Below, piece by piece: positions 1 to 11,101 of a stretch of 64,000 nt of DNA. The position numbers and the translations under genes were made by a program. Within the stretch, counting starts at the first letter, position 1, and each line of letters opens with the position of its first letter. The stretch is from contig DBTR01000033.1 of assembly GCA_002307145.1 (NCBI GenBank), forward strand, positions 25,299 to 89,298. Direction: 5' to 3'. This DNA comes from Rhodospirillum sp. UBA1311. Its GTDB lineage: Bacteria > Pseudomonadota > Alphaproteobacteria > Rhodospirillales > Rhodospirillaceae. The notes below the pieces were generated by a model that was not told the DNA's origin, did not search any database, and was given only the letters and a program-made list of their open reading frames with translations.

Positions 1-491
1 ACCGGCAGCAGCATCAGCACGACGCGGGGAATGAGGTAGTAGGAGTAGGCGAGCACCAGACCCGCCGGACCGTAGAATGCCCCGGCGATCGCCGCCGGGT
101 CGGCGCCGAGCTTTTCCAGCAGCAGGGTGAGGAACCCGGCCCGCCCGAGCAGCAGGATGAACCCGTAGGCGACGATCAGGCCGGAAAACGTCAGCGGCAA
201 CGCGATCAGCACCTGCAGCGCCGCCCGCAGCCTGGGCGAAACCCGCGCCAGATGCGCCGCCACGCCGATGCCGACCACCAGCGAAAGCGCCGCCGCCCGC
301 GCGCCGAGCCAGAGCGAAGCCCAGAGCGCGTCCCAGAATTCGGGTGTGGCGAACATCCGCGCCACTGCGTTCTCCTTGCCCGCCTCGACGAACACCGTCG
401 CCAAGGGAGCGAGGAAAAACGCCGCCAGCACCCCGGCCCCCGGCAACGCGAGCCAGAGGAGTTTGGCATTCCGAGGTGCGGGCGCGCTCAT
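1..491 (-). CDS. ABC transporter permease (PotB-like), 3' end truncated by window edge
   Basis: Manual translation from ATG 491: MSAPAPRNAKLLWLALPGAGVLAAFFLAPL...LPLTFSGLIVAYGFILLLGRAG...YSYYLIPRVVLML; hydrophobic; starts just after the binding-protein stop. Confidence 0.85.
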   Translation of the reverse strand, partial: MSAPAPRNAKLLWLALPGAGVLAAFFLAPLATVFVEAGKENAVARMFATPEFWDALWASLWLGARAAALSLVVGIGVAAHLARVSPRLRAALQVLIALPLTFSGLIVAYGFILLLGRAGFLTLLLEKLGADPAAIAGAFYGPAGLVLAYSYYLIPRVVLMLLP

Positions 492-492
492 C

Positions 493-1557
493 TCACTTGC
501 CCAATGCAGCCTTGGCCCATCCGGCGTCGATCTCGGCCTTCTTCCCGGCCGCAGCCTTGACGTCGAGGGGCTTCACCTGCGGCGCGGCGGGAAGGCGTTG
601 GGCGACGTCTTCGGGGAGCGCCACGCCCGGCACCGACGGCCGAACGAAGCCCTTGGCGAAGGTGGTCTGGCCTTCCTGGGTCATGATGTAGTTGAGCCAG
701 AGTTTACCCGCGCTGGGGTTCGGCCCGTTCTTCACCAGGCTGATGCCATAGGGGGCCGCGGCGGAGGCTTCCTTCGGGATCACCACCTCGACCGCATCGC
801 CGAGGCCATCGGTGTACTTCGCCTTAAGACCGTCGTTCTCGTAGGCGATCCAGATCGGGATCTCGCCCTTGACGAACTTGGCATATGGCGTGGTGCCCTC
901 GACGCGCAGCACGTTCCCCGCCTTGTGCAGCTTGCCCATGTAGTCGATGCCGGGCTGGACGTCGTCCATCGTGCCGCCCGCGCCGAAGTTGGCGGCGAGC
1001 ACCGTCACTTGGCCAACGCCCGCGCTACGCGGATCGAGGTAGACCACGGTGTTCTTGTACTCGGGCTTCAGCAGATCGGCCCAGCTCTTCGGCGGATTTT
1101 TCACCAGCTTGGTGTTGACGACGAAGGCGATGGTGAGCGAGTGGATGGTGAACCACTTGCCTTCCGGATCGCGCCAGACCTCGGGAAGCTTGTCGAAGTT
1201 GACCGGCTTGAACGGCGCGACCACATCCTTCGCCATCGCGTCGATCGCCGAGGCGGCGAAGTAGTAGGCGGTATCCGCCTGCGGCCGGTTGCGCGCCTTG
1301 TCGAGCGCCACCACCGTCGCCGCCGAGCCGAGATCGTTGTAGGTCATCTCGACGCCGGGATAGCGCTTCTTGAACCCGGCGAACTGCGCCGCCCAGTTCG
1401 CCCAGGTCGGCCCGGTATCGAAGGAGACCACCAGCCCTTCCTTCTCCGCCGCCTTGTAGAGGTCGGCCTCGCCCGGGTACAGCTCGGGTCCTTCAAGGGC
1501 GAGCGCCGGGGTGGCGAAGACGATCAGGGCGCAGGCGGCGATCAGCAGACGTTTCAT
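493..1557 (-). CDS. ABC transporter extracellular solute-binding protein (Fe3+/polyamine/thiamine family)
   Basis: Signal peptide MKRLLIAACALIVFATPALA, GGGAGG RBS, PPKSWADLLKPEYK motif; start trimmed from ORF 493..1599. Confidence 0.9.
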   Translation of the reverse strand: MKRLLIAACALIVFATPALALEGPELYPGEADLYKAAEKEGLVVSFDTGPTWANWAAQFAGFKKRYPGVEMTYNDLGSAATVVALDKARNRPQADTAYYFAASAIDAMAKDVVAPFKPVNFDKLPEVWRDPEGKWFTIHSLTIAFVVNTKLVKNPPKSWADLLKPEYKNTVVYLDPRSAGVGQVTVLAANFGAGGTMDDVQPGIDYMGKLHKAGNVLRVEGTTPYAKFVKGEIPIWIAYENDGLKAKYTDGLGDAVEVVIPKEASAAAPYGISLVKNGPNPSAGKLWLNYIMTQEGQTTFAKGFVRPSVPGVALPEDVAQRLPAAPQVKPLDVKAAAGKKAEIDAGWAKAALGK

Positions 1558-1595
1558 CGTGTCCTCCCGTGTTGGGATGCGATTGATCCAATTCC

Positions 1596-2639
1596 TCAAG
1601 CCTCGGGCGGCAACACCCGCACTGCCTGGGGGGAAATCCGCACGCCGCAGATCGGCGCGTGGGAACTGGTCTCGCCAAGAATCACCCCGCCCGGCACCGC
1701 GAGATCGAAGCGCCGGAGCGAGCCGAGAAAACGGTCGCGGGTGACTTGGCCGTAGAGATCGAGCGCGCCCGGCTGCGGCGGCGCTTCCGGCGCGGCGAGA
1801 ACTTCCATCGCCTCGGGGCGCACCAGCACGGTCACCGCTGCACCCTCGGGCGGCAGCGGGTCGTCGCTGTAGAGCGGCCCGAAATCGGTCGCGATCGCGC
1901 CTCCCGCCCCCACCTTAGCGGCGAACAGGTTGGCGTGGCCGACGAACCCGGCGACGAAGCGGTTGACCGGCCGGTCGTAGAGCTCGCGCGGCGGCGCGAG
2001 TTGCAGCAGCCGCCCCGCGTTCATCACCGCGACGGTATCGGCGATCGAGAGCGCCTCCTCCTGGTCGTGGGTGACGTGCAGGGTGGCGATGCCGTGTTCG
2101 CGCTGCACCGCGCGGATCTCGTCGCGCATCGCCGCCCGGTGCGCCGCGTCGAGGGCCGAGAGCGGCTCGTCGAGGAGCAACGCGCGGGGGCGGAACACCA
2201 AGGCGCGGGCAAGCGCGACGCGCTGTTGCTGACCGCCCGAAAGCTGAGACGGCTTGCGGTCGGCAAAGCCGGAAAGATGCGAGCGCTCCAGCGCCTCGCC
2301 CGCCCGCGCGCGCCGTTCCGCCGCGCCGACGCCGCGCAGCTTGAGCGGATAGGCGACGTTTTCGAGCGCGGTCATGTGGGGGAACAGGGCGTAGTTCTGG
2401 AACACCACGCCGACGTTGCGCAGGCGCGGCGGCACGTCGGCGACGTCGACGTCGGAGAGGCGGATCGCGCCGGACTCCGGCTTGAGAAACCCCGCGATCA
2501 ACTGCAGCAGCGTGGTCTTGCCGCAGCCGGAAGGCCCGATCACCGCGCAGAACGCGCCGGGTGGCACCGCGAAGCCGATATCGAAAACTCCAGCACCGCC
2601 GGGATAGCGGAAGTTCAGCCGGTCGATGGCGATGCTCAT
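1596..2639 (-). CDS. ABC transporter ATP-binding protein (PotA-like)
   Basis: Walker A GPSGCGKT, signature LSGGQQQR, LLLDEP, VTHDQEEA; start MSIAIDRLNF overlaps the permease stop. Confidence 0.92.
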   Translation of the reverse strand: MSIAIDRLNFRYPGGAGVFDIGFAVPPGAFCAVIGPSGCGKTTLLQLIAGFLKPESGAIRLSDVDVADVPPRLRNVGVVFQNYALFPHMTALENVAYPLKLRGVGAAERRARAGEALERSHLSGFADRKPSQLSGGQQQRVALARALVFRPRALLLDEPLSALDAAHRAAMRDEIRAVQREHGIATLHVTHDQEEALSIADTVAVMNAGRLLQLAPPRELYDRPVNRFVAGFVGHANLFAAKVGAGGAIATDFGPLYSDDPLPPEGAAVTVLVRPEAMEVLAAPEAPPQPGALDLYGQVTRDRFLGSLRRFDLAVPGGVILGETSSHAPICGVRISPQAVRVLPPEA

Positions 2640-3421
2640 GCGCGGGCTCCTTCCGCGCCGACCCGCCCCCGCCCCGCCACGCCCGCCGCCGCGCCCGAAA
2701 CCAGGGCCAGGGCCAGCAGGATCACCGTGGCGGCGCAGGCGAAGCCGGTCGCGCCGTAGAACGCCTGGAGCAGTACCACCGGATAGGGGCGCGAGAGGAA
2801 CCCGGCGATCAGGTTGGACAACTGGAACTCGCCGATCGACAGCGCCGCGACCATGATCAGGCCGGAGGCGAGGCTGTGGCGCAGGCTCGGCACGACGATG
2901 CCGAAAAACCGCTGCACGAATCCCGCGCCGAGGGATTCCGCCGCGCGTTCGAGGGTGCGGAGGTCGAGGTGGCGCATGTCGGAGACCAGGGTCTGCATCA
3001 GGTACGGCAGGGTCAGCACCACGTGGCCGCACACCAGCAGCCACGGCGCACCGAGGAACGGCAGGGTGTCGGAGGAGAACACCAGGATGAAGCCGAAGCC
3101 CAGCACCAGTGGCGGCGCGGCGACCGGCATCAGGTAGAGGGTGCGTGCCGCGATCTTCACGCCGCGCCGCGCCGCGCCATAAATTCCATAGGCGAGCGGC
3201 AGGCCGATGGCGGCGGTGGCGATGCAGGTGGAGAGGCAAACCCAGAGGCTGACGACGAAGGCGCGGCGGAAGCTGCCGTCCTCCCACACCATGCGATACC
3301 ACTCGCCGGTGAAGCCGTCGGGCAGCAGCGTGTTGGTCCACGCACCGCCGACCGAACCGATCATCAACAGCAGGATCGGCGCGGCAAGAAAGATCAGGTA
3401 GGCGATGGTGAACCCTGGCAC
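2636..3421 (-). CDS. ABC transporter permease (PotC-like)
   Basis: Multi-TM protein with EAA-type loop LERAAESLGA; start approximate. Confidence 0.88.
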   Translation of the reverse strand: MPGFTIAYLIFLAAPILLLMIGSVGGAWTNTLLPDGFTGEWYRMVWEDGSFRRAFVVSLWVCLSTCIATAAIGLPLAYGIYGAARRGVKIAARTLYLMPVAAPPLVLGFGFILVFSSDTLPFLGAPWLLVCGHVVLTLPYLMQTLVSDMRHLDLRTLERAAESLGAGFVQRFFGIVVPSLRHSLASGLIMVAALSIGEFQLSNLIAGFLSRPYPVVLLQAFYGATGFACAATVILLALALVSGAAAGVAGRGRVGAEGARA

Positions 3422-3576
3422 GGCGACCTCGGCAAATCCGTTGGCTGCATGCTCGATTCTCGGCAGGCTAATCGCAAATCATTGTTTTATGTCAGGATTT
3501 ATGCACATACGCGCATGTTACAAGCCGTACCTGCATGATTTTCGGGCAGCCGATGCCTGGGTCTTGGGCAAAATCA

Positions 3577-3600
3577 AACGGGCGTCCGAAGACGCCCGTT
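3577..3600 (-). terminator. Intrinsic terminator after TPR gene
   Basis: AACGGGCGTC-TTCG-GACGCCCGTT followed by TGATTTT on minus strand. Confidence 0.7.
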
Positions 3601-3626
3601 GCCATTCTCTGGAAAGGCGGCCGGAT

Positions 3627-6014
3627 TTACATCTGGCCGAGAAGCTGGCGCGCGTCCTCGATCCCCGGGTAAGGCCGGTTCTCCGAGACCGCGATTTCGA
3701 GCTGGGTTTTCGCCGCCGCCTTGTCGCCGTTCATCATCAAGGCCTTGCCGTAGTGGTAGTTGACCTGTTTCGGGATGCCCTTTTCGCCGGTGATCCGCGC
3801 GAGGATCGGCAGCGCACGCTCGACCTGCCCCTGGCGGACGTAGACCCAGGCGAGAGTGTCCTGGAACAGCGGATTGGTGGTGGTGACGAACCGCTCCGCC
3901 ACCCGCCGCGCCTTTTCGAGCGCCTGCGGATCGGAGTACTGATGGTCGGCGATCAACTGCGCCATGTTGTTGGCGGCGACGTCGAGCGACGGATTGCGCT
4001 GGAGGGCGCTCTCGTACATGGCGATCGCCTCGGGCACCCGGCCCATGTTGCCGAGCAGATCGGCGAGCATCAGGGGCAGTTGCACTTCGCCTGGGTTCGC
4101 CTCGATGCCGCGCTTCAGCACGTCGGTGGCAGGCACCCGCTGGCCGTCGGTCAGATAAAGCCGCGCCCGCAGGATATAGGGACCGGGCATGTTCGGGCTT
4201 TGCGCCAGGGCGGCGTCGATGGCGGTGGCGGCGCGGTCGAGCTTGCCGAGGCGGGAATAGCATTCCGCCAGCACGGTGAGCGAGGCCGGGCTCTGGAGGT
4301 CGAGGCTTTCGAGGTACTTGGTCCCGGCGTCGAGCTTGCCGAGGCGACGATAGCTGTTGGCGACCGACGCCACCGCATTCTCGGCGAGCGGCGTGTTGGG
4401 CGTGGCCTGGATCACCTCGGCGTAGGCCTTGACCGCGTCGTCGTCCTTGCCGGTGGCGGCGAGGAGTTCGCCACGCAGGAACTTCGCCACATACCGCTGC
4501 CCGTCGAGCTTTTCCAGATGGTCGATGGCATCGCCCGCGGCTTTCCAGTCCTTCAGCGGGATCGCGATGCGGGCGATGCTTTCCCACACCACCGGATATT
4601 CCGGCTGCGCCTCCGCGACCGACGCAAGCTCGGCCATCGCCCGGCCGGAATCGCCGTTCATGTGGTAGAGCTGCGCCAACCGCACCCGGCCCGCCGAAAT
4701 CTCGGGCGCGAGATCGCGCAACTGGCTCAGGGTCTCGATCGCGAGGTCGAGGCGGCCCTGGCGCAGGAGCGCCTCGGCGAGCAGCGAGTAGACCAGCTTG
4801 TTGCGCGGATTGTCGCGCAGGATGGTGCGGAGGTCGGTGACCACGCCCTGGAAGTCGCCGCGCTCGAACGAGAGGTTGGCGCGGAGGAACAGCGCATCCG
4901 GATTGGTCGGGGCGCGTTCGAGGATTTCCTTCACCAGCCGTTCGGCGGCGTCGCGGTCGCCGCGGCCGAGATCGATCTTCGCCAGCATCGCCCGCGCGGT
5001 GAGGCCGGGCGGATCCATTTTCTGCTGGGTCGCGACGTCGCTGAGGATCTTGGTGGCGGCGTCGACGTCACCGCTCCGGATCTTCAGGTCGGCGAGCCAG
5101 AAGCGATAGGTATTGACGTCGGGCTCGGCCTTGATGAACGCCTCGATCTGGGTTTCGGCAGCCTTGGCGCCACGTACTTCCGTGAGGAATGAGATCAGCC
5201 GGGTTTTCATCTGGATGTTGGATTTGTCCTGCGCCACCGCATCGCGCAGCGCCTTTTCCGCCGCGTCGGGGCGCTTCGCCTCCAGCAGCATGCGCGCAAG
5301 GTCGCTGCGGAGCCCCGGATCGTCGGGCTTGAGCGCGAACAGTGCTTCATAGGACGCGGCCGCCTTGTCGATATCGCCGAGCTTGCGATAGAGCGCGATC
5401 CGCAGCTGCAGCAGCGAGACATCCTTCGGGTGGCGGCCGATGCCGTCCTCAAGCACGGAGATCGCGCGCTCGGGCTGTTCCATGGCGGTGTAGAGGCCAG
5501 TCAGCACCGCCACGGCGGTGGTGTTGCCGGGTTCCTTCTGGAGGGCGAAGCGCGCCTCCTTCTCGGCGGCGGCGTGATCGTTCTTGCGCAGCATCAGGGC
5601 GGCGGTGATCGCGTGCGCCTCGGCATTATCCGGAGTGTCGGCAAGCACGATGTCGAGACGCTGCTGCACCTGGTCGTAATGCTCGGCGGCGAGGTAGTAC
5701 TGCGCCAGCTTGAGCAGCGCGGGCGCAAAGCGCGGGTTCTGGTTTTCCGCCTCGCGGAAGCCGAGGAACGCGGCGCGGATGTTGCCTTGCGCTTCGTCGA
5801 CGAGGGCGAGGCGGTAGCGGATGTCGGGGTCGGTTGGCTTGATCCGCCCGGCGTTCTTGAACTCGACGCGCGCCTTCTCGAACTGGCCGTTGGCGAGGTA
5901 TTCCATGCCGCTCTTGACGTATTTCTCGGCACGCTGCTCGGGTTTTGAGCAACTGGCGAGCAACGCCGCGACACCTATCGTCACCAGCAGAATCCGCGCT
6001 TTCCGAAATGCCAT
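3627..6014 (-). CDS. TPR-repeat lipoprotein, PrsT-like (exosortase/PEP-CTERM system associated)
   Basis: Lipobox LLASC, many TPR-like helical repeats, C-terminal DTLAWVY...NYHYGKAL; next to exosortase. Confidence 0.8.
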   Translation of the reverse strand: MAFRKARILLVTIGVAALLASCSKPEQRAEKYVKSGMEYLANGQFEKARVEFKNAGRIKPTDPDIRYRLALVDEAQGNIRAAFLGFREAENQNPRFAPALLKLAQYYLAAEHYDQVQQRLDIVLADTPDNAEAHAITAALMLRKNDHAAAEKEARFALQKEPGNTTAVAVLTGLYTAMEQPERAISVLEDGIGRHPKDVSLLQLRIALYRKLGDIDKAAASYEALFALKPDDPGLRSDLARMLLEAKRPDAAEKALRDAVAQDKSNIQMKTRLISFLTEVRGAKAAETQIEAFIKAEPDVNTYRFWLADLKIRSGDVDAATKILSDVATQQKMDPPGLTARAMLAKIDLGRGDRDAAERLVKEILERAPTNPDALFLRANLSFERGDFQGVVTDLRTILRDNPRNKLVYSLLAEALLRQGRLDLAIETLSQLRDLAPEISAGRVRLAQLYHMNGDSGRAMAELASVAEAQPEYPVVWESIARIAIPLKDWKAAGDAIDHLEKLDGQRYVAKFLRGELLAATGKDDDAVKAYAEVIQATPNTPLAENAVASVANSYRRLGKLDAGTKYLESLDLQSPASLTVLAECYSRLGKLDRAATAIDAALAQSPNMPGPYILRARLYLTDGQRVPATDVLKRGIEANPGEVQLPLMLADLLGNMGRVPEAIAMYESALQRNPSLDVAANNMAQLIADHQYSDPQALEKARRVAERFVTTTNPLFQDTLAWVYVRQGQVERALPILARITGEKGIPKQVNYHYGKALMMNGDKAAAKTQLEIAVSENRPYPGIEDARQLLGQM

Positions 6015-6508
6015 GGTGGTGCTCCGACGCTGTCAGGGGAAACCGGGGAAAAACCAACCGGGAAGAACGCAACCGCACCTTTCGAGAATGCCACGAAACC
6101 CCACCTTTGGCCAACTTCGCGGCGCTTGGCCATCGCATCTCGCCGGAAAAACCATGGGAACGATGTGGGATTTAAGACAACGGACGGCAGGTTCATGGAA
6201 CGACTGGCGGGATGTTGAAATGCGCTCGCCCGAAGGCATATAAGTGGAATGAATGAACTCCGCAGACGATTGCAAGGGAGACACAGGATTTTTGTGGAAA
6301 TTCCGGGCAATCGTTTCGATATGGAATTATCTCGATCCCTGCGCGCGCCCGAATCCGACTGTACCGCGATCCTGGTCGACCGGCGCCTCCCTGAACCCCT
6401 ACCGCCGGGATTTGCGATGTCGATTGGTCAGAGTTTTGCAAGAGGCCTGAATACCCGACACACGACGTCGGCTTTCCGACACGAACCCGCGAAACCGCTG
6501 GTGGCGAC

Positions 6509-7963
6509 ATGCATCAAATCGTGACCGAGACCCGCGCCGACACCTACGGCCGCAGCTTGCCCCTCAATAGCGCCACGGTGGTTTTCGTCGTGGCGATCCT
6601 CGACGTCGTCAGCATGTTCGGGTTTTACGTCCTCTCGTACATGGAAGCGATGCAGGCCCCGCCCCATGCGGCCTTGATCTGGAAGATCACCGACGCCCTG
6701 TTCTGCATCACCCTGCTCTACCTGATGCTTGCCTCGGGCGCCTATCGCGCCTCCCGGCTCTCCAACATCATGTCGCAGTTGAGCTACATCCTGGTCAACG
6801 GCCTCGCGATCGCGGTGGTCGAGTGCTTCGTGGTCTGGTCGCTCAACCTCGCGGGCGAATTCAACTGGCCATGGGACGGCCCGATCAACATCGTCAGCCT
6901 CGGCGCGATCGCGATGTGCCTGGTGCGCCTCGGCGTCCACTCGCTTTTGATCAGCGCCGCCGAACATGGCAGCATCGCGCGCAACATCGCGGTGGTCGGC
7001 GCGGGCAAGTCGGGTCAGCGCCTGATCGCGGCGCTGCGCGAATCCCGCGAGCCATGGACCCGCATCCTCGGCATCTTCGACGACCGCAAGGTGCGCCTGC
7101 AGCAGGACAAGAACGCGCTGCCGGTCACCGGCACGGTCGACGACCTGATCGCCTTCGCGCGCGACAACCGCGTCGACGAAATCCTCGTGGCATTGCCATG
7201 GAGCGCCGAGAACCGGCTGCTCGGCATCCTCGAACAGCTGAAGGTGATCCCCTGCAACGTCCGCATGGCCCCCGACGGGATCAGCCACCACTTCCGCGAC
7301 ACCGGCTTCGCCTCGGTCGACGGCGTGCCGGTCTACAACATCTTCCGCAAGCCGATCAGCGATTCCGGGGCACTGCTGAAGCGCCTCGAAGACCTGATCT
7401 TCGGCATTGCCATCCTGGTGATGATCGCCCCGGTGATGCTCCTCTGCGCGCTCGCGATCAAGCTCGACAGCAAGGGCCCGGTGCTGTTCCGCCAGAACCG
7501 CTACGGCTACAACAACAAGCTGATCTCGGTTTACAAGTTCCGCACCATGTACCACGAGGCGCGGGACGAGAACTGCGAGATCCAGACCACCAAGGGCGAC
7601 CCCCGGATCACCCGCATCGGTGGCTTCCTCCGCCGCACCAGCCTCGATGAACTGCCGCAGCTGTTCAACGTAATCTCGGGCGAGATGTCCCTCGTCGGGC
7701 CGCGCCCGCACGCGATCAACACCAAGGCGGCGGGCCGCCTGTTCGAGGAAATCGTCCACGAATACGCCGCGCGCCACAAGGTCAAGCCCGGCATCACCGG
7801 CTGGGCGCAGGTTCTCGGCTGGCGCGGCGAAACCGACACCGAGGAGAAGATCCGGCGGCGCGTCGAATGCGATCTCTACTACATGGAACACTGGTCGCTG
7901 TTCCTCGACATCGAAATCCTGTTCCGTACCTTGGGCGTGATCAGAGGGGAGAACGTCTATTGA
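6509..7963 (+). CDS. Undecaprenyl-phosphate glucose phosphotransferase (WcaJ/GumD-like priming transferase)
   Basis: N-terminal TMs; [31 protein letters not shown] motifs. Confidence 0.93.
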   Translation: MHQIVTETRADTYGRSLPLNSATVVFVVAILDVVSMFGFYVLSYMEAMQAPPHAALIWKITDALFCITLLYLMLASGAYRASRLSNIMSQLSYILVNGLAIAVVECFVVWSLNLAGEFNWPWDGPINIVSLGAIAMCLVRLGVHSLLISAAEHGSIARNIAVVGAGKSGQRLIAALRESREPWTRILGIFDDRKVRLQQDKNALPVTGTVDDLIAFARDNRVDEILVALPWSAENRLLGILEQLKVIPCNVRMAPDGISHHFRDTGFASVDGVPVYNIFRKPISDSGALLKRLEDLIFGIAILVMIAPVMLLCALAIKLDSKGPVLFRQNRYGYNNKLISVYKFRTMYHEARDENCEIQTTKGDPRITRIGGFLRRTSLDELPQLFNVISGEMSLVGPRPHAINTKAAGRLFEEIVHEYAARHKVKPGITGWAQVLGWRGETDTEEKIRRRVECDLYYMEHWSLFLDIEILFRTLGVIRGENVY

Positions 7964-9633
7964 GCGCATTCATCGGCGTGGACGCGATCGATCCGAAGTC
8001 GGACCCTGAAATCGCGGCGACGCTGCTGCGTGCGACGGGCGACGACCCCAGCGAAGACATGCCGTCCGGCCAGAATGCGGGAACCAAGGTCAGGCCGCCG
8101 CTCTGGTCCTACGCCCTGGTGGCGCTCGCCGCGGCGATCCTCGCCTATCTTTTCCACCGCACCCTTCTCGGGCAGATCAAGGCCTGGGAAATCGAGGAAT
8201 ACAGCCACTGCTATCTGATCCCGCCGATCGCGGTCGCCTGGGCGGTAGGGCGGTTGAAGCTGGAACGGCCGGTGCTCTCCCCTTCCCTCTCCGGCGTCGC
8301 AATCATCGCGGGCGCGCTGCTGCTGAAGTGGCTGGGCGACATCATCGTCAACAACTGGGTCGCGACCGTCGCCTTCCTCGTCGCGCTCGGCGGGATGATC
8401 GTGCTGGTCGGCGGCTGGCGGCTGTTCCGCGTCGTGCTCGCCCCCTATGTCTTCCTGTTCTTCACCGTACCCCTGCCGCAGTCGGTGTTCGCCTCGCTCA
8501 CCGCCGAGATGCAGTTGCTCTCCTCCCAGCTCGGCACTCTCGGCCTGCACGGTCTCGGCGTCGCCGCCTTCCAGGACGGCAACATCATCGACCTCGGCAC
8601 GATCAAGCTCGAAGCGGCGGAGGCGTGCAGCGGCCTGCGCTACATGTTCCCGCTGATGAGCTTCGGCTACATGCTCGCCTTCCTCGTCCACACCGGCTGG
8701 CGCGACCGTGTCCTGATTTTCATGGCGACGATCCCGATCACGATCCTGATGAACGCGGCGCGCATCGTCACCGTCGGCTACACCGTCGACATGGGGAACT
8801 TCATCCTGCTCGACGACACCTGGCACTGGGCGCAGGGCTTCGCGGTGTTCCTCGCCAGTCTCGGCCTCCTGGCGGCGGTGAGCTGGGGGCTACTCAAGCT
8901 CGCGAAGCAGCCGCGCGCAGCCGGGATGTTCAACGGCGTCGAGACCGAAGGCCCGATGACCAGCGGCGGCCGGCCGCCGAGCCGGGCGCAATCCCTCACG
9001 CTCCTCGCCCTCTGCGTGATCGCGCTCGTCACCCAGACCACCGTCCTCGCCAACACCACCGACGAAGTCAACGCGCCCTCGCGGCGTGAGTTCGCCGACT
9101 GGCCGATGATCGGCGGGGTCTGGACCGGCCAGCGCGAGCCGTTGACGCCGGAGGAACTCCGGGCGCTGCACCTCGACGACTACCTGCTCGCGACCTTCTC
9201 GCGCGGCGCCACCGACGTGCCGGTCGGGCTCTACATGGCCTACTACGCCAGGCAGGAGCCGGGCTCGTCCACCCATTCGCCCCTGGTCTGCCTGCCGGGC
9301 AGCGGCTGGAAGATCGGCGACGTCGAATCCCACGCCCTGCCCTACCAGGCGTCGCAGGGCGGCCCGCTCGCCGTCAACCGCGCGATCATCCAGAAGGGCG
9401 AGAGCAAGCTCCTGGTCTACTTCTGGTACCGGGAGCAGGGCACGGACCTCACGTCCACCGCCGAGATCAAGTGGAACATGGTGAAGCGGATGATGTCGGA
9501 CCGCCGCAGCGATGGCGCGCTGATCCGCCTGATCACCCCGGTCACGGAACGCGGAGGCCTCGCCGAAGCCGACGCGCGCCTCACCGGCTTCCTCGGCGAG
9601 CAGATCACCCGCCTCTCCGACTACGTTCCGTGA
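7960..9633 (+). CDS. xrtD: Exosortase (XrtD-like) fused to EpsI domain
   Basis: EEYSHCYLIPP, catalytic AEACSGLRY, NAARI; C-terminal EpsI HSPLVCLPGSGW and RSDGALIRL; start uncertain (TTG 7960 or ATG 8059); subtype D is tentative. Confidence 0.75.
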   Translation: MSAFIGVDAIDPKSDPEIAATLLRATGDDPSEDMPSGQNAGTKVRPPLWSYALVALAAAILAYLFHRTLLGQIKAWEIEEYSHCYLIPPIAVAWAVGRLKLERPVLSPSLSGVAIIAGALLLKWLGDIIVNNWVATVAFLVALGGMIVLVGGWRLFRVVLAPYVFLFFTVPLPQSVFASLTAEMQLLSSQLGTLGLHGLGVAAFQDGNIIDLGTIKLEAAEACSGLRYMFPLMSFGYMLAFLVHTGWRDRVLIFMATIPITILMNAARIVTVGYTVDMGNFILLDDTWHWAQGFAVFLASLGLLAAVSWGLLKLAKQPRAAGMFNGVETEGPMTSGGRPPSRAQSLTLLALCVIALVTQTTVLANTTDEVNAPSRREFADWPMIGGVWTGQREPLTPEELRALHLDDYLLATFSRGATDVPVGLYMAYYARQEPGSSTHSPLVCLPGSGWKIGDVESHALPYQASQGGPLAVNRAIIQKGESKLLVYFWYREQGTDLTSTAEIKWNMVKRMMSDRRSDGALIRLITPVTERGGLAEADARLTGFLGEQITRLSDYVP

Positions 9634-9640
9634 GGTTTCG

Positions 9641-11101
9641 CTAGGACGACTGGATGCGGGCGGCGCGGCGGGTCTTGATGAAGGTCACGACCCGCCGGAT
9701 GTCGCGGCGCATCAACAGCGCCGCGGCGAGGCAATAGACGATGCCGCCGAGGCAGAGCGCGATCACCAGCCGCGCCCAGGGATTCGCGGCCGCATAAGGG
9801 CTGTCGGCATAGCCCATGATCGCCGCCGCCATCAGTGCGGAGGAAACCATCGGAGCCCAGAGGTGAATGAGCGCGGGCCAGAGCGACACCCCCTCCCACT
9901 TCTGCAGCGCGGCGAAGTAGATCGGCAGGAACGCCACGCCGACCACCAGCGTCGCCACCGCGATCGGCACCAACCCGTAGGGCAGCACCACCGCCGTGGC
10001 GATCAGCACCGTCGCCACGTAGACCGCCTGGAGCCGCAGGAACGACTGCAGATGGTCGTGGGAGCGCAACATCTCGCGCACGATCGCCTGCAACGGCAAC
10101 ACCGCGCCACAGAGGATGAACACCTGCAGGAGCGGAATCACGCCGTCCCACTTGCTGCCGAAGAACAGCGTCATGTAGAGCGGCGCCGCAACCGAGGCGG
10201 CGGTGAGCGCGGGGAAGATCAGGCTGCCGGTGAGCATCACGAACACGTCGAGGATCGCGACCTGCCCGGGGCGATCCTGCTTGAGCTTGGCGAGCGAGGC
10301 GTAGAGCACCGCGAACGGCGGGTTGACGATGATATCCTGCACCGCGTAGCGCACCCGCGCGACGAAGGAATAGTAACCGAGCGCGAACGGCCCCATCAGG
10401 AACATGATCATCACCCGGGGCACCTCGCGCTCGACCACGGTGATGAAGGTGGAACCGACCATCTTGAGGCCGGGCTTGATCGTGATCGCGAGCAGGTCGC
10501 GGCTGAAGCTGGCCCTTGGCCGCCACTTCACCGAAACCCAGACCACCAGGTTGGCGACGCCGAACAGGGTGATCTGCTGGAAGATCAGCGAATACGCGCC
10601 GTAGCCGTTGAACGCGGCGGCGATGCCGACCGCGCCGCCGATGGTGGACGCGGTGAGCGAGCGCAGCGCGTAGACGCGGAAGTCGAGTTCCTTCATCAGG
10701 ATCATCGACGGCACCGAGGCAAGCGCCAGCAGCAGCGGAATGACCGCGAACCAGAGGATCAAATCGCGCAGGCGCGGCTCGTCCATCGCCATCGCGAGCG
10801 GCACCGACCCGCCGACGCAGAGCAGCGACAAGCCGAGCCCCAGCCCCATCACCCCCCAGAACAGCGTCGAGAGCCGCTCATCGTCCTCGATCTGGAGGTT
10901 CACGATGCCGTCGACGATGGCGAGGATCAGCAGGTTGACGATGGTGAAGATCACGAAGCAGACGTTGGCGAGGCCGTATTCGGTCGGCCCGACGAGGCGC
11001 GCGATCACCATGAAGACGAGGAACGAAATCCCCTGCTGGCCGCCCTTTTCCAGCAGCGACCACATCACGCCTTTCGCCATGCGTCCGTGCAGGTTGCTCA
11101 T
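9641..11101 (-). CDS. Polysaccharide flippase (Wzx/GumJ-like)
   Basis: Many TM segments; ARLVGPTEYGL motif typical of PST flippases. Confidence 0.88.
   Translation of the reverse strand: MSNLHGRMAKGVMWSLLEKGGQQGISFLVFMVIARLVGPTEYGLANVCFVIFTIVNLLILAIVDGIVNLQIEDDERLSTLFWGVMGLGLGLSLLCVGGSVPLAMAMDEPRLRDLILWFAVIPLLLALASVPSMILMKELDFRVYALRSLTASTIGGAVGIAAAFNGYGAYSLIFQQITLFGVANLVVWVSVKWRPRASFSRDLLAITIKPGLKMVGSTFITVVEREVPRVMIMFLMGPFALGYYSFVARVRYAVQDIIVNPPFAVLYASLAKLKQDRPGQVAILDVFVMLTGSLIFPALTAASVAAPLYMTLFFGSKWDGVIPLLQVFILCGAVLPLQAIVREMLRSHDHLQSFLRLQAVYVATVLIATAVVLPYGLVPIAVATLVVGVAFLPIYFAALQKWEGVSLWPALIHLWAPMVSSALMAAAIMGYADSPYAAANPWARLVIALCLGGIVYCLAAALLMRRDIRRVVTFIKTRRAARIQSS

Noticed and set aside
6215-6524. 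Small ORFs 6249..6524 and 6253..6450, and a TTGAAA-N16-CATATA promoter-like element
   Set aside because: ORFs have no recognisable features; the promoter match is plausible but too weak to call
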